This document shows positions 11,655 to 25,102 of a stretch of DNA of 64,000 nt, piece after piece. Each line of letters starts with the position of its first letter. The first letter of the stretch is position 1. The notes under the pieces are model-generated. The model made no database searches. It saw only the letters and a list, made by a program, of their open reading frames with translations, and had not been told where the DNA came from. This DNA comes from Eledone cirrhosa (Eukaryota), in contig OZ024743.1 in the NCBI GenBank assembly GCA_964016885.1, forward strand, positions 344,968,001-345,032,000, read 5' to 3'. Position numbers and translations under genes: made by a program.

Positions 11655-12556
11655 GTTTCTTTTTCTGTTAATTTCGAGTACATTTTTGACCGGTCACCTC
11701 CCTGGTGGCAAGGTTGTGAAAGAAAATAAATTGTTATCCCTTGAATCGAAACAATGTTTTGCAAATTTTGAAGGTGCCAGCGATTGCGGCCATTTGTAGT
11801 CTATGAATTAGGAGCTGCACTCTTTGTCCACAAATCCAAGTTCAGTTATACTTTAGTCCAAGCGGGTTGGTATATAACCTGTAGCTCCAATGATGAAGGG
11901 TATGAAGCTGAGGTGTATCTTGGATACTGGATCTGCAAACTCCTCATCAATGGTCCGTAGATGTCCTCCTTCTCTTGTATTTTTCTTACAACGTTGACAT
12001 CAAGTGGGTAGCTGATGTCTACAGCAGAGCACGTTTTCAATGTGTGGTCCCAAACAACAATATCAGGCCGGCTGTGCTTTAATTTGCTTGCAATTTTTAT
12101 TTTCCGGTTCCACCAGTATTCTGTAGTGCCATCTATCAACATATTCATCCTCATTTGTTATTAATTTTGTTTTCCTAAATGTGTTCTAGATGCTTCTAGC
12201 TATCAGATCGTGTCTCATAGGGAGGTAGTAGCGAGACCACATTATTTCGCAGTTGGCAACAATCTTCGATCTTGGCTAACATCTATCTTTGTTTTACATA
12301 GCCTACATTTATTGTCGACTGATGGTCCTCCTCTTTTGTGTAGCAGATATTTGGTAGGGATTTCTTGTTCCTGTAGCGCATAGAGATATCCTTGACGGTG
12401 GGATGTCATAAACTTGTTGGAACTCCATGCCAGGCTTTTTGAATGATTTATCCCCTGTATGGTCTATGCTTTTCGTCTCAGGTACCCATGCACAAACTTC
12501 TCTGTAAATTGGTCCATTTATTTATCTTGTTCGAGCATTGAATAGGATCTTCCTGC
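11655..12556 (-). mobile_element. 5'-truncated R4/Dong-like RLE LINE, family A, copy 1
   Basis: RPDIVVWDH..CSAVDISYPLD..KEDIYG restriction-like endonuclease motif; flanked by ATGT repeats. Confidence 0.85.
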
Positions 12557-13244
12557 ATGTATGTATGTATATATGTATATATATGAAAAAGTTGAAAATG
12601 AAACTTGACTCTCTACGATAATTTATTAATAGCTTTACCGGTTTCACGTTTGAATTATATTCAAAAGTTATGTGTGGTTATGTGGTGATGTATACTGCCT
12701 TTAATATTTCGGGTAATTTCTTTCTGTTTTATGCAAAAGTGTGGCTCAGATTGCTATTTGTTTAAAGGACACTTGGATTGATGTATTTGTTATAGTGTTT
12801 TATTGTTTTGTGCCCAAGCCGGCTAGGCGCTTTAGACCATTAATTCAAGAGGCCGTCACACCTCGTACATTTTAATGATAGACTAATATTATAATCATGT
12901 TTACGTTCGAACGACTAAACACACACACAAACAAACACAAACACAAAGAAGCACGCAACACACACACACACACACAACACACACACACACACAAACACAC
13001 ACAAGCACACATATTTAGTCGGTTGATGCCTTATGCCACTAATTCAAGTTTCATGTTTGCTTGATCTAGTTGCGATCCAAGTGCTCAACATCAGAAAACC
13101 AAAAGCTTATTGCAGACCAGAAATAAACAATAATGAAATTACTATCAGAAAAGTATAAAAATTATAGATATCTAGAGAGAGAAAGAGAAAAGAGAAGAAT
13201 GAAGGGGCGTTATGTCTCAGCTTTGATGAGACTATTATATCTTA

Positions 13245-14300
13245 GCTGCAGAGAAGATTGGGAGAAGCAATACCCCAGGAACTGCCAGTGACACTCGCAG
13301 CATCATACATTCTACCTCACAGGACTCTTGCCTAAATCGTGATGAATTCTGAACTCTTCCCGATTTTGTGAAGGAAAACAGCAGTCTTGGTACCGAGGAG
13401 AGCGGATGTCTGGACGTTGGCCGACACGAAAATGAATTGGTCAGCCAAATCCTGGTATTGGGACATCTTCGTTCCTTTGCGTAACGGGTGTTGGTGCATG
13501 GGATAATGGCTGAAGCCAGAAGGCTGGAACCAGAAAACGTGTCACAGCATGTAGTATCCCATATTAGTGATTGATGAAAATACTTGTCAAAAGAAATAGT
13601 ATAAACCTTAAACTATTTAGAATATACGTAGAATAAGTTGTTCTTTGTCCTTTCAATCTTGTTCGCTTCCTTACAGTCTCTTTTGCGATCTGCATTAGAT
13701 TGTTGATAATATACAGGTACTATCGGTTCCAATGGTAGCTGGGAGGTCTACGTGATGTGTTTTTCCAGATGGCAGAATGTGTCCTATATGCGACGTCAAT
13801 TCTTCAACAAAATTGGATACGTCAGCAATGCATGGATTCGAAAGGCGATCGTGCAGGACAGTCCCGGTACGATTCTCGGGTACAGCGATCTAACAGCACT
13901 TCTGTGCTTGGAGAGATTAAACATGAATGTTGAACGTTAGTGCTTCCAAATCAGGGATCTCAGTAAGTTATTCTTTGTCTAAAGGTGGAGTCTTCTCAAA
14001 AAGACTGTCTGGTTGATCCTCATTGACATCTAAATTTCCCCAAGAACGTTTTCATAGGAACTCACGTTAATCCTCTCTAGAATGAATAGATTGTTCGTCT
14101 TATTCAGAATTAATTCACAACTAATCTGGTGATATATATAATCGAAGCTGGAAGGAAGTTGACATCGGAGGGAATTGAAATGGTGACTGAAAGATTCATT
14201 ATTAAATAGCGGAAGTCATTTTGTATGTCACATTACAATTTCTGCCAGACGTCTCGCTTGTTCAGATAATGAGCATCCATTTATTCGAGGAAAAGAATTC
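13245..14300 (-). pseudogene. Degenerate CRE-like RLE non-LTR retrotransposon
   Basis: Minus-strand fragments WDTTCCDTF, SQYQDLADQFIFVSANVQTSALLGTKTAVFLHKIGK and LRVSLAV resemble the CRE-type C-terminus (WD.T..DT; KY..L...F.PVAVET.G; QR.S.A..RGN). The 5' boundary is uncertain. Confidence 0.6.
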
Positions 14301-14562
14301 CTCCTCGTGAAGCTACATGCTTACGAAATAGAATTCCGCTGGCATGTGCTTTAACTTGATCCTCAAACAACCCCAAACAGAACCAGTGTGACATTATATA
14401 ATAAAACAGGACCTTTGAACTGTAGGTACAATCCAGTAGAGAGGAGGAGGGGAGTAGGGGGAAGGAGAGAAATAGATAACGAAGGAGAGAATCAGCCAGA
14501 CAGATCGACAGGGATACGGGTTTATCATCCCCATAACCAGTTGGGTTGATTATTCAATGACC

Positions 14563-14752
14563 GGTGATTGGCAGTATCGGTCGAGGGTCGCACGCCATGA
14601 TTTGTAGCATAGAGTTACGCACCTTTACGGTCTGATTTCTAATACCGCCGAGGTTAATTTTGCCTTTCTTCCTTACGGGGTCGATGAAATAAAGTACCAG
14701 TAATGCACTTGGATAATTGCTGGCCTTGGAACAAAAGTAGAAACAATTATTC
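14563..14752 (+). mobile_element. tRNA-derived SINE family A
   Basis: Colinear with 2613-2790 and 24912-25102; partial TSD ATTATTCA. Confidence 0.85.
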
Positions 14753-15583
14753 ACCAACCACGAAATGATGAACAAAAATGTTTAATTCAAAGGGATTAAA
14801 ACTAGACCGTAGAAAATCGGAATAAATACCGACGTTCTAATTATTCTACCAATTCAGATTGCTAGAAAGAGCAGGCAAATGTCCTTCAGTCACGTACTAA
14901 ATTTAAACAAAAGAAAACAAATTTTGCATATTGTGATATTTCATAACAGCTTCTGAATAAAATACGTAATAATCGCAGTTATAACACTTTCATTATAGAT
15001 AAAGTGAATTAGATCTGAGTACGAGGAAAACAACAACTACATAATATATGTATATCAAAAACTCATAAATATACACATAAAACCGTGTTGTCATGCATAT
15101 ATCTACGCCGACACTTATCTGTGTGTGTGTGTATAAAAAAAATATATCCGTGATTTTACATAATTTATATATGCGTTATTTTATACTGATAAAATAAGCT
15201 GCTTTGCTTCACATTATAGCATTATACACTTACAATTTTACATGTATACATATATGAATGCTCATAGACATTTATATAGGCATATACTAATGCACGCACC
15301 AATCCATTTATATATGAATATATATATATATATAAATATAGGTGTGTGTGGGGGGAGGGGGTTGTGTTCGAGTGTGGGGGTTTCAAATATATATAATAAA
15401 TAAATGCATTAATATACAATACACACAGCGCTGCTATAACGTGATCTTATCATAAATTTAATCAATAAACAAATAGTTTTTTTCATATCCAATTTTGATT
15501 TACCTGCATCGTGTGTTATAACACACGCGCGTACACAGATGTACATACAGATTTAAATATATATATATATATATATATATATA

Positions 15584-15672
<89 letters not shown>

Positions 15673-16246
15673 ATATTAATATATAGTTATGTTTCTCTCT
15701 CTATAAATATATATATTTATTTAGTTATATTTATGTCTATGTCTATATATATATAAATATATATATAATATATGTGTGTGTGTATTCACATGTGTGTATG
15801 TAAGTATATGAAGAAGATTGGCTGTATATCACTATACTCATAGCATGTCTCCCATTTATATTTTGTTATTATATTTTTACCGTTCGATTCAATATGATAT
15901 TAAAGCTGTGAATAGAGAAGAAAGAAAATAAAGATTTCAATAATCAGCATCGTTGCTACTGTTATTTGCAAAAGCCGTAAATGTCACTTGGGAGGGGAAA
16001 AACATGGCCGCAAAGCCAGTATAGTGTTCTTATCGGTATTAGAATCTGTGGCCTTTTATATTTTACATGGAACTTATATGTGTATTTTCAGTTGTTGCCT
16101 GAATACAGACATACATAAATGCATTCATAAATATATACACATATACGTACATGCATACATATAAACGGATATATCTCGTATATGTGTTTGTGTTTGTATA
16201 TAAATGTGTTTGTGCATGTATATACATACACACACACATACATATA

Positions 16247-16304
<58 letters not shown>

Positions 16305-16341
16305 CACAAATACATACATATATATATATATACATACACAA

Positions 16342-16409
<68 letters not shown>

Positions 16410-16451
16410 GTGAATGTGCGTGTATACATATATTTATACAAGTATGCATGC

Positions 16452-16495
<44 letters not shown>

Positions 16496-16805
16496 GCATG
16501 TGTACGTACAAATAAAAGAACATACACGGGACGCGTCATGAAGAGAGAAGCAATGCTGGCTTTGTAGCATTGTTAGATAAAAAGCTATAAATATAATGTA
16601 TATTTTCGCTTAAGAATGATGCGATGCTTGATAATAACCATGTTTTGGCTAAAATGTTATATATTCCGCGAGCCAGGAATTAATAAGCATTCAGTTGTTC
16701 TATAATGATCTATTATGTCGACTGCTTGTCGAAAAGGTAGGGAAAGAATGTTATATCGAATATTATTTACACACTGACAAATAAATAAATGTATAATACA
16801 ACATG

Positions 16806-16934
16806 ATACATACATACATACATACATACATACATACATACATACATACATACATACATACATACATACATACATACATACATACATACATACATACATA
16901 CATACATGCATGCATACATACATACATACATACA

Positions 16935-16962
<28 letters not shown>
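16806..16962 (+). repeat. (CATA)n microsatellite
   Basis: Directly visible. Confidence 0.95.
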
Positions 16963-16970
<8 letters not shown>

Positions 16971-17061
16971 TTTATATATATGTATGTATCGAAAGAAATG
17001 GAAAAAGGCATATGATAAAAATAATAATAATAGCTTAGTGCTGATGAAGAAGACGAACTCT

Positions 17062-17109
17062 ATTGATGATGATGATGATGATAATGATGATAATAATAAT
17101 AATAGTAAC

Positions 17110-17158
<49 letters not shown>

Positions 17159-17311
17159 GAAATGATAATAATATTGGTGATAATAACAATGGCAATAACC
17201 ATACCAAATATAAATGATAATACTGATAACAAGGGAAATAAAATGTATGATAATAATAATAATAATAATAATTATAATGATAATAATAATAATAATAATA
17301 ATTATAATAAT

Positions 17312-17343
<32 letters not shown>

Positions 17344-17345
17344 GC
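17062..17345 (+). repeat. (GAT)n/(AAT)n microsatellite complex
   Basis: Directly visible. Confidence 0.95.
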
Positions 17346-17906
17346 AACAGAAACAACAATAACAAAATGGCCGTGTGAGTATGATAAAGAGATATTGAAT
17401 AGAGGGCGATAACCTATGGTATTTATAGGAACGCCACTGATATAGAGAAAGTTAGAAGAGACGTGACAAAGAAATTGACTTCCATGCCAGAGGCTATTAG
17501 ACGTAAAGGTTATTATTAAATTTAAGTGATTGCATTTGTATCTGTAAATACACACCACGCACTCATACACAAGCATGCATACATACATAACTATAAAATA
17601 TAATATAATATAACACACACAGACTGATACACACATAAATGAAAAATATAATATAGTATACAAACAGACAGAGACACAGTCACATACACATAATGCGTTG
17701 GTGTAATTGTGAGTCTGTCTGTTTGTATATAAATATCTATATATTTGTATTATTTATGCTAAATATTCGTATTGTATCTGTGTGTCCGTGAACATCACTG
17801 TATGATCATATTTATGCATATATACATGTGTACGCTTTTTTCTTATATGGATGAATGCATGCATATATATATATATATTTTGTGTGTGTGTGTATATATA
17901 TATATA

Positions 17907-17968
<62 letters not shown>

Positions 17969-18291
17969 ATATGCATGTATGTTTGTATGTATGTACTTAT
18001 GTATCTATGTATGTACGTATTGGATTCATAGAGAGATGAAATCTAGGCAACTGCGAAATGGCTGTCGAGTAGCGAGAGGGAAAAAGTTAAATACGGCCCC
18101 GAGGGCTGATATGATTACAGGGAAAGAGACAAAATAAGGGAATGAAGGGATGAAAGAAAGAACAAGAGCTCTGAGGAGTGTATAGGAGTATGAGAAGGAG
18201 GGGGAACAGATGGACACGCTAGAAAGAGGACGAAGCAGATTTAGGAAGAAAAGAGAGGGTGAGAGTGAGAGACATAGAGAGAAAGGAAGAT

Positions 18292-18329
<38 letters not shown>

Positions 18330-18487
18330 GGAGAAATAGAGAGAAAGAGAGAAAGAGAGGGAGATAAAAAGAGAGAGAGAAAGAGAGAGAGAGTGAAAGA
18401 GAGACGAAAGGGTAATAAAAGAATGGGTGTAGTAAAGTAGGAATGATGTCTTCGTGTTTATATGTGCACCACCGGCGAGTGAGTGTA

Positions 18488-18532
<45 letters not shown>

Positions 18533-18934
18533 GCAAGTGTGGAGTGTATGTGGGTGACATATTGAAAATGGAAATGAATAGAATAAACAGTTAGTGAGTT
18601 GGCAAAGGGAGCGTGAATGTGATAAGTAAAGTAAGCAGATTATTTACGGAGTTGTCCAGTATGTCAGAGATGTCAGCACCATTGTGAGCTGACACAAAGG
18701 AAAGTGAGATGCATTAGGGAGAAACAATAGAAGAGAGGTCAAATGTGTATTGACAGAAACCAATGGAATATGTAACGAAATTAGTAATTATGGCGGTTTA
18801 CTAGCGTTACGGAGCCGGTGAAAATAAAATCATAAATGCCCCAAGACAATGATAATAACAAATATTTCCAAAAAGACAGGATGGAAATAGATAAAAGAGG
18901 ACTAAGGGGGATTGCTAAGAAAGAATAGTTTCTA

Positions 18935-19140
18935 ATTTAAGCAGAAAGCAAGAAATTCGGGGTTAAGGGGAAAATCGATTAAATTGCCCCAAATACTTGA
19001 CTGGGACTTTATTTTATCGACCTGGGACCGATGAAAGGCAAAGTGTACCTCGGAGGTATTTGAACTCAAACCATAAACAGCCGGATGAAATACTTCAAAG
19101 CACTTCTTTCGACACTGACGATTCTATCAATCGACCGGCC
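18935..19140 (-). mobile_element. Old diverged SINE family A-related copy
   Basis: Reverse-strand GAGTTCAAATACCTCCGAGG...CTTTGCCTTTCAT...GTCGATAAAATAAAGT core. Confidence 0.6.
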
Positions 19141-19412
19141 ATTACTAAGGACGAATGTCAGATTAAATGATTGCTGCATTTATTTATGTCTGTATTTTGG
19201 AGGTTCAAAATTCAAGTAGCTTGATTCTGATATTTATCTCCGCAGGATTCATAAAAATATACAATGTACCAATAACTTGCTTGTGTCAATTTAATATAAT
19301 TGAATCCATCCCCTATAGATATATGACCATGTGTCAATAGCGATAAACATAGTTTTTAAAACTCAGTTTCAGTCTGATATCTGTCTATTAAGTAGATTGA
19401 AGTACTAACTCA

Positions 19413-19665
19413 GCCTCTGTAGCACTTCGGTCCGAGGAGGGTAAACTCTCCAAATATCGGTCGCTTTCCAGCATGTTTCCGGTCGAGCCCGTAGCAGTGG
19501 AGACATCTGGGGGCCATAGGCCTAGGGACACCTCCCTACTCACCACCATCGGCACAAAGTTGGCTACCTGCCAGTGTGAGCCTCGCGAGCTGGAATGGCT
19601 CTTCCAGCGCGTCTCACTCACCATCTTCAGGGGAACCACTTTCTCTATTCTGTCCGTCGGGGTGG
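19413..19665 (+). pseudogene. 3' fragment of CRE-like RLE non-LTR retrotransposon
   Basis: EEGKLSKYRSLSSMFPVEPVAVETSG...IGTKLA...RELEWLFQRVSLTIFRGTTFSIL. Confidence 0.7.
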
Positions 19666-19705
19666 CGGTGTGGCCAGAGCTTTGGCCTCCCCTATTGTTC
19701 ATAAT

Positions 19706-19894
19706 AATTGGTTATACTTTTGGCACAAGGCCAGTAATTACCCAGTGCATTACTGGTAATTTATTTTATCAACCCCGTAAGGACGAAAGGCAAAGTTAAC
19801 CTCGGCGGGATTTGAACTCAGAATGGCAAGGGCCGTAACTCTATGCGTCAGAGCATGGCGTCCGACCCTCTGCCGATACTGCCAATCCACTGCC
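19706..19894 (-). mobile_element. tRNA-derived SINE family A with TSD
   Basis: Full head-to-tail match; TSD CCTATTG(T/C)TCATAATAAT at 19691-19708 and 19893-19910. Confidence 0.9.
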
Positions 19895-20519
19895 TATTGC
19901 TCATAATAATGAGAAATGAGGAGAGCGGGAGAGACGGGGGCAGTGACAGTGGGAGTTTCTAGATTTCAATCTGTCTGTTTATCTGTGAGATCCAGAGATA
20001 GACCTTATGATGTTCTGACCATGAATCTAACATCGTAACCACTAGGACACATGCATAAAGACTAACGACTTTGTTGACCAGCCAGTAAAAACTAACCATT
20101 TCAAAAGCTGCACAAGCAGAATATACTTGTAGAATGAACAAAATATTGATACTGAATTTTCTAACTTATAGAGCTTCTGGAATAATTAAAATTAAATGTT
20201 GACATTCCGTAAATAACATTATTCAATTTTTTGAAACTGTGGATTAGTTTTCATATCAAATGCAGTTTTAGATAATCTGATTCCAATTGCAGAGGATTAG
20301 TAAACAATTTCCAAGAGCTGCATTCACTTTCACTTAATTTTCTTTTATTCTATTACTGTTTCAGTGATTAGACTGCTGTCATGCTGGGGCACAGCCTTGA
20401 TTGTGTGGAGTGCATCGTCACCAATACACATTGTTAAAGTTTCGTTCCTATTTTATCGATCTTCTTTTGGTATCGATCTTCTGCTCAGTTACAAGACATA
20501 AACACGTACGCCTACCATG

Positions 20520-20607
<88 letters not shown>

Positions 20608-20609
20608 TT

Positions 20610-20835
20610 ATAACGAAGGAAGTGTGGTAAGGAACCAGGTGGACCATAACGCACCAGTGTGCTCGATACTTAGGGTAGTGTGTTAGCTAACACTACTGGA
20701 TTAGTTCAGATCTAGCTGTCGAAACGGCCAGAACTCAGCCGTCGATTTCCTGACTCTTTTCCTAATACTCACTCTACTACCCTAAGTATCGAGTACTCTG
20801 GTACGCCCTGATTCCTTACCACACCTCCTTCGTTA
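20610..20835. mobile_element. PLE-like family H7 relative, head-to-head inverted pair
   Basis: Left arm 20610-20680 is inverted relative to the right arm. The right arm carries GAAAC-GGC-cagaactca-GCC-GTC. Flanked by (TA)n. Confidence 0.7.
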
Positions 20836-20906
20836 TATATATAGTGAAAAATGGAACGGGAAGAAAACAGAGAGTCAGTACGAACAAAGGTTTATTAGTT
20901 TCACGC

Positions 20907-20938
<32 letters not shown>

Positions 20939-20939
20939 A

Positions 20940-21364
20940 TTAGTATATTTACCAACACACGCGTACAGATGTACACTAATGTTAGCAAATACATAGGTTA
21001 TGTCATAGTACCTAGGTGGTTCAATGCAGGAGGATGCAGAACAATTATATGAAAGACGTAAAATAAGAAAATTTTAAAAATTAACTTACTTACTAAAATT
21101 TTCACTCCAACTAATTAGTTTCTGTAATGGGATAAAGACAGTTCTTTATCCACCGTTCCATCCACCGAATTATTATTATTTTTATATGAGTCCCTAGTGT
21201 CCGCGCATTGCCTGGAGACTTAGCTGAGAATAGACTCCCTGATGACGTAATGAATTCTCGACAGCTACATTACGTAACTGTCTTTATCCCATTACAGAAA
21301 CTAATTAGTTGGAGTGAAAATTTTAGTAAGTAAGTTAATTTTTACAATTTTCTTATTTTACGTC

Positions 21365-21370
<6 letters not shown>
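20940..21370. mobile_element. PLE-derived family H2, inverted plus direct piece
   Basis: 20940-21143 is minus and ~21155-21370 is plus; homologous to 29927-31060; flanked by TA/GA microsatellite. Confidence 0.8.
21234..21315 (+). ncRNA. Type I hammerhead ribozyme (H2)
   Basis: actcc-CTGATGA-c-gtaatg...cattac-a-GAAA-CTAATTAG-TT/ggagt. Confidence 0.75.
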
Positions 21371-21402
<32 letters not shown>

Positions 21403-21538
21403 TTTCCTCTACCAACAAAAATGTATAAATACCACCATATCACATTCACAGTTGGCTTTCCTGATGATTTCATTCGATTGAAACAGTTCTAGTCCTGTAG
21501 ACGCCATTTCTATATTAAACACACACACACACACACAC

Positions 21539-21544
<6 letters not shown>

Positions 21545-21578
<34 letters not shown>

Positions 21579-21671
21579 GTATGTATGTATGTATGTATGT
21601 ATGTATGTATGTATGTATGTATGTATGTATGTATGTATGTATGTATGTATGTATGTATGTATGTATGTATG
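21545..21671 (+). repeat. (ATGT)n microsatellite
   Basis: Directly abuts the 5' end of RTE-derived copy 2. Confidence 0.95.
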
Positions 21672-22284
21672 TCAGGTCACTAGTTGGCGCTACTGGTAAC
21701 ATGTATCCCAGTACAACCTGTCTCTTGGTCGGGTCGTTGGCGACTAAACTGGCAACCCACCAAGGTTTCCTGGTGAGGAGGGTGACTTTGGACATCCTGC
21801 AGGACTAAAAACAAAACCTGTCAAAGGGCAAAGGAGCTCTTAAGAATCAATGGCCATCCAAAATCACCGGGAGAGATTACCACTTAGCATTTGTCAAGGC
21901 AGAATTCTAGGAGAAGGAAAACTCCGATATTACACCTGCAACCCTGATGGTATCCAATGATGTTGACTTGTTCTTCTTTTTGGTAAATATCATCTTGGTT
22001 AAGAGAGTGGGACTGGCTTTGTGCAGTGCCTTTGCTCACTATAAAAGCTTCACGGCACAGGCATTGCTTTATATCTGGAGATCTCTCTCCACTTGTCGTC
22101 ACATGGTACCATGGGCCCAGCACTATGTGTCAATAATTGTCACAAGTGTAGTGTTTGTACTAGAGTTTTCAAGTCGCTGGCTGGACTAAAAATCACACTC
22201 GTTCAGCGCATCGGTAGGGGTTCTCCTACATGGATATAAAGTAGTGGCCGTACTCGAAAACGAGTTGACAGCCACCATGTATGT
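21672..22284 (+). mobile_element. RTE-derived non-autonomous element, copy 2
   Basis: Colinear with 11036-11647. Confidence 0.85.
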
Positions 22285-23158
22285 TATTATCACTTTCTCT
22301 TAATTTCGAGTATATTTTTTGACTGGCCACCTTCCTAGTGGCAAGGTTGTAAAAGAAAAGAAATTCTCATCCCTTGAAACGCAAGAATGTTTTGCAAATT
22401 TTGAAGGTGCCAGCTATCACAGCCATTTGTAGACTATAAATTACGGAGCTGCGCTTTTTGTCCGCAAATCCAAGTTCAGTCATACTTTGGTCCAAGCGGC
22501 TTGGTATATAACCCGTATCTCCAATAATGATGGGTATGAAGCTAAAGGTGTATCTTGGATACTGGATTTGTAAACTCCTCATCAATGGTCCGTAGATGTC
22601 CTCCTTCTCCTGTATTTTTCTGACAACGTTTACATCAAGTGGGCAGTTGATCTCCACAACAGAACACGTTTTCAATGTGTGGTCCCAAACAACAATATGA
22701 GGCCGGTTGTGCTTTAATTTGGTGGCAGTTTTTATTTTCAGGTTCATCCAGTATTCCTTAGTGCCATCTGTCTCAATATATTCTTCCTCGTTTGTTGTTA
22801 ATTTTGTTTTCGGAAGTGCGTTCCAGATGGTTCTAGCTATTCCATCGTGTCTCATGGGGAGGTAGTAGCGAGATGACATTCTTTCGCAGCTGGCAACAAT
22901 GTGGCTTACATCCTCGATCTTTGTTTTACATTTATTGTCAGCTGCTGGCCCTCCTCTTTTGTGCAGCAGATATTTGGTAGGGAGTTATTGTTCCTGTATT
23001 GCATAGAGATATCCCTCAAGGTGTGATGTCATAAACTTGTCGGAACTCCAGGCCAGGCTTTTTGAGTGGTTTAACCCCTCTATGGTCTGTGTTTTACGCC
23101 TCAAGTATCCATGCACAACTTTTTCTGTAAATTGGTCAATTTTTATTGGTCAATTTTT
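22285..23158 (-). mobile_element. 5'-truncated R4/Dong-like LINE, family A, copy 2
   Basis: ORF 22367-22879: RHDGIAR...HNRPHIVVWDH..VVEINCPLD..KEDIYG..IPIIIG; upstream EDVSHIVASC knuckle remnant. Confidence 0.88.
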
Positions 23159-23209
23159 ATGTATGTATGTATGTATGTATGTATGTATGTATGTATGTAT
23201 GTATGTATG

Positions 23210-23824
23210 TCAGGTCACCAGTTGGTTCTACTAGTAACATGTATCCCAGTACAACCTGTCTCATGGTCGGGTCGTTGGCGACTAAACTGGCAACCCCACC
23301 AAGCTTTCTTAGTGAGGAGGGTGACTTTGGACATCCTGCAGGACTAAAAACAAAACCTGTCAAAGGGCAAAGGAGCTCTTAAGAGTCAATGGCCATCCAA
23401 AATCACCGGGAGAGATGACCTCTTAACCTTTGTCAAGGCAGAATTCTAGGAGAAGGAAAACTCTGATATAACAACTGCAAACCTGATGGTATCCAATGAT
23501 GTTGACTTGTTCTTCTTTTTGGTAAATATCATCTTGGTTAAGAGAGTGGGACTGGCTTTGTGCAGTGCCTTTGCTCACTCTAAAAGCTTCACGGCACAGG
23601 CATTGCTTTATATCTGGAGGTCTCTCTGCACTTGTCGTCACATGGTACCATGGGCCCAGCACTATGTGTCAATAATTGTCACAAGTGTAGTGTTTGTACC
23701 AGAGTTTTCAAGTCGCTGGCTGGACTAAAAAGTCACACTCGTTCAGCGCATCGGTAGGGGTTCTCCTACATGGATATAAAGTAGTGGCCGTACTCGAAAA
23801 CGAGTTGGCAGCCACCATCTATGT
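23210..23824 (+). mobile_element. RTE-derived non-autonomous element, copy 3
   Basis: Lies 1538 bp downstream of copy 2, preceded by (ATGT)n at 23158-23210. Confidence 0.85.
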
Positions 23825-24246
23825 TATTATCTCTTTCTCTTAATTTCGAGTATATTTTTTTGACCGGCCACCTTCCTAGTGGCAAGGTTGTAAAAGAAAA
23901 GAAATTGTCATCCCTTGAAACGCAAGAATGTTTTGCAAATTTTGAAGGTGCCAGCTACCGCAGCCATTTGTAGACTATAAATTAGGGAGCTGCGCTTTTT
24001 GTCCGCAAATCCAAGTTCAGTCATACTTTGGTCCAAGCGGGTTGGTATATAACCCGTATCTCCAATAATGATGGGTATGAAGCTATAGGTGTATCTTGGA
24101 TACTGGATTTGTAAACTCCTCATCAATTGTCCGTAGATGTCCTTCTTCTGTATTTTTCTGACAACGTTTACATCAAGTGGGCAGTTGATCTCCACAACAG
24201 AACACGTTTTCAATGTGTGGTCCCAAACAACAATATCAGGCCGGTT
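23825..24246 (-). mobile_element. R4/Dong-like LINE family A, copy 3 (shorter)
   Basis: Same junction to the RTE element as copy 2; RPDIVVWDH motif. Confidence 0.85.
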
Positions 24247-24490
24247 AAGAGAGTGGGACTGGCTTTGTGCAGTGCCTTTGCTCACTATAAAAGCTTCACA
24301 GCACAGCCATTGCTTTATATCTGGAGATCTCTCTGCACTTGTCGTCACATGGTACCATGGGCCCAGCACTATGTGTCAGTAATTGTCACAAGTTTAGTGT
24401 TTGTACCAGAGTTTTCATGTCGCATCGGTAGGGGTTCTCCTACATGGATATAAAGTAGTGGCCGTACTCGAAAACGAGTTGGCAGCAACC
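24243..24490 (+). mobile_element. RTE-derived element, 5'-truncated copy 4
   Basis: Starts GGTTAAGAGAG with 4-bp microhomology to the R4 piece; internal deletion in the zinc-finger region; (AT)n tail. Confidence 0.85.
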
Positions 24491-24911
24491 ATATATATAT
24501 ATATATCTGTGTGTGGGTGTGTGTGTGTGTGTGTGTGCGTATGTGTGTGTGTGCATATGTGTGTGTATACACATATATATCTAATAATAATAATAATAAT
24601 ATTAATAAATGGAGTGTTAAAACTATTTTACCGGGTGGTTAAAAGCTCAATGCCATGGAGTTGAGGCAGAGAGCTGTTTTATTCTTATTTTAAAAATACC
24701 AAAGATACAAGGCATTGTCAAACTGACACTGGTTCTGCTGACCTAAAGCTCACCTTAGTGTAATATAATTTTATTCCCAATACTTCAAAATTATTTAATT
24801 TTACAATTTAAATATTTTTATAGTTTTACAACTTGACCTTTAGAAGTTGGTTCAAGGTCGGAATCATCAGAATTTATTCCTGCATATCAACATTTCACAT
24901 AGTTTGACAGG

Positions 24912-25102
24912 GGCGGTGGATTGGCAGTATCGGTAGAGGGTCAGACGCCATGCTTTGCAGCAAAGAGTTATGGCCCTTTATGGTCTGAGTTCAAATCCCG
25001 CCGAGGTTAACTTTGCCTTTCATATTACGCGGTCGATAAAATAAAGTACCAGTAATACACTGATTAATTACTGACCATGTGCCAAAAGTAGAAACAACTA
25101 TT
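24912..25102 (+). mobile_element. tRNA-derived SINE family A (full length)
   Basis: GGCGGTGGATTGGCAGTATCGG...GAGTTCAAATCCCGCC...GTGCCAAAAGTAGAAAC. Confidence 0.9.

Noticed and set aside
12620-12680. Complete hammerheads at GAAACCGGTA (also ~36450-36497)
   Set aside because: The CUGANGA half is degenerate (TTGAATA / TTGAAAA); remnants only.
23908-24369. Novel 153-aa fusion protein
   Set aside because: Chance in-frame join of antisense RTE-derived sequence to an R4 RLE fragment at a GGTT microhomology.
21672-24490. CRISPR-like or other prokaryotic repeat system
   Set aside because: Eukaryotic retroelement tandem; no short repeat-spacer array or operon anywhere in the window.
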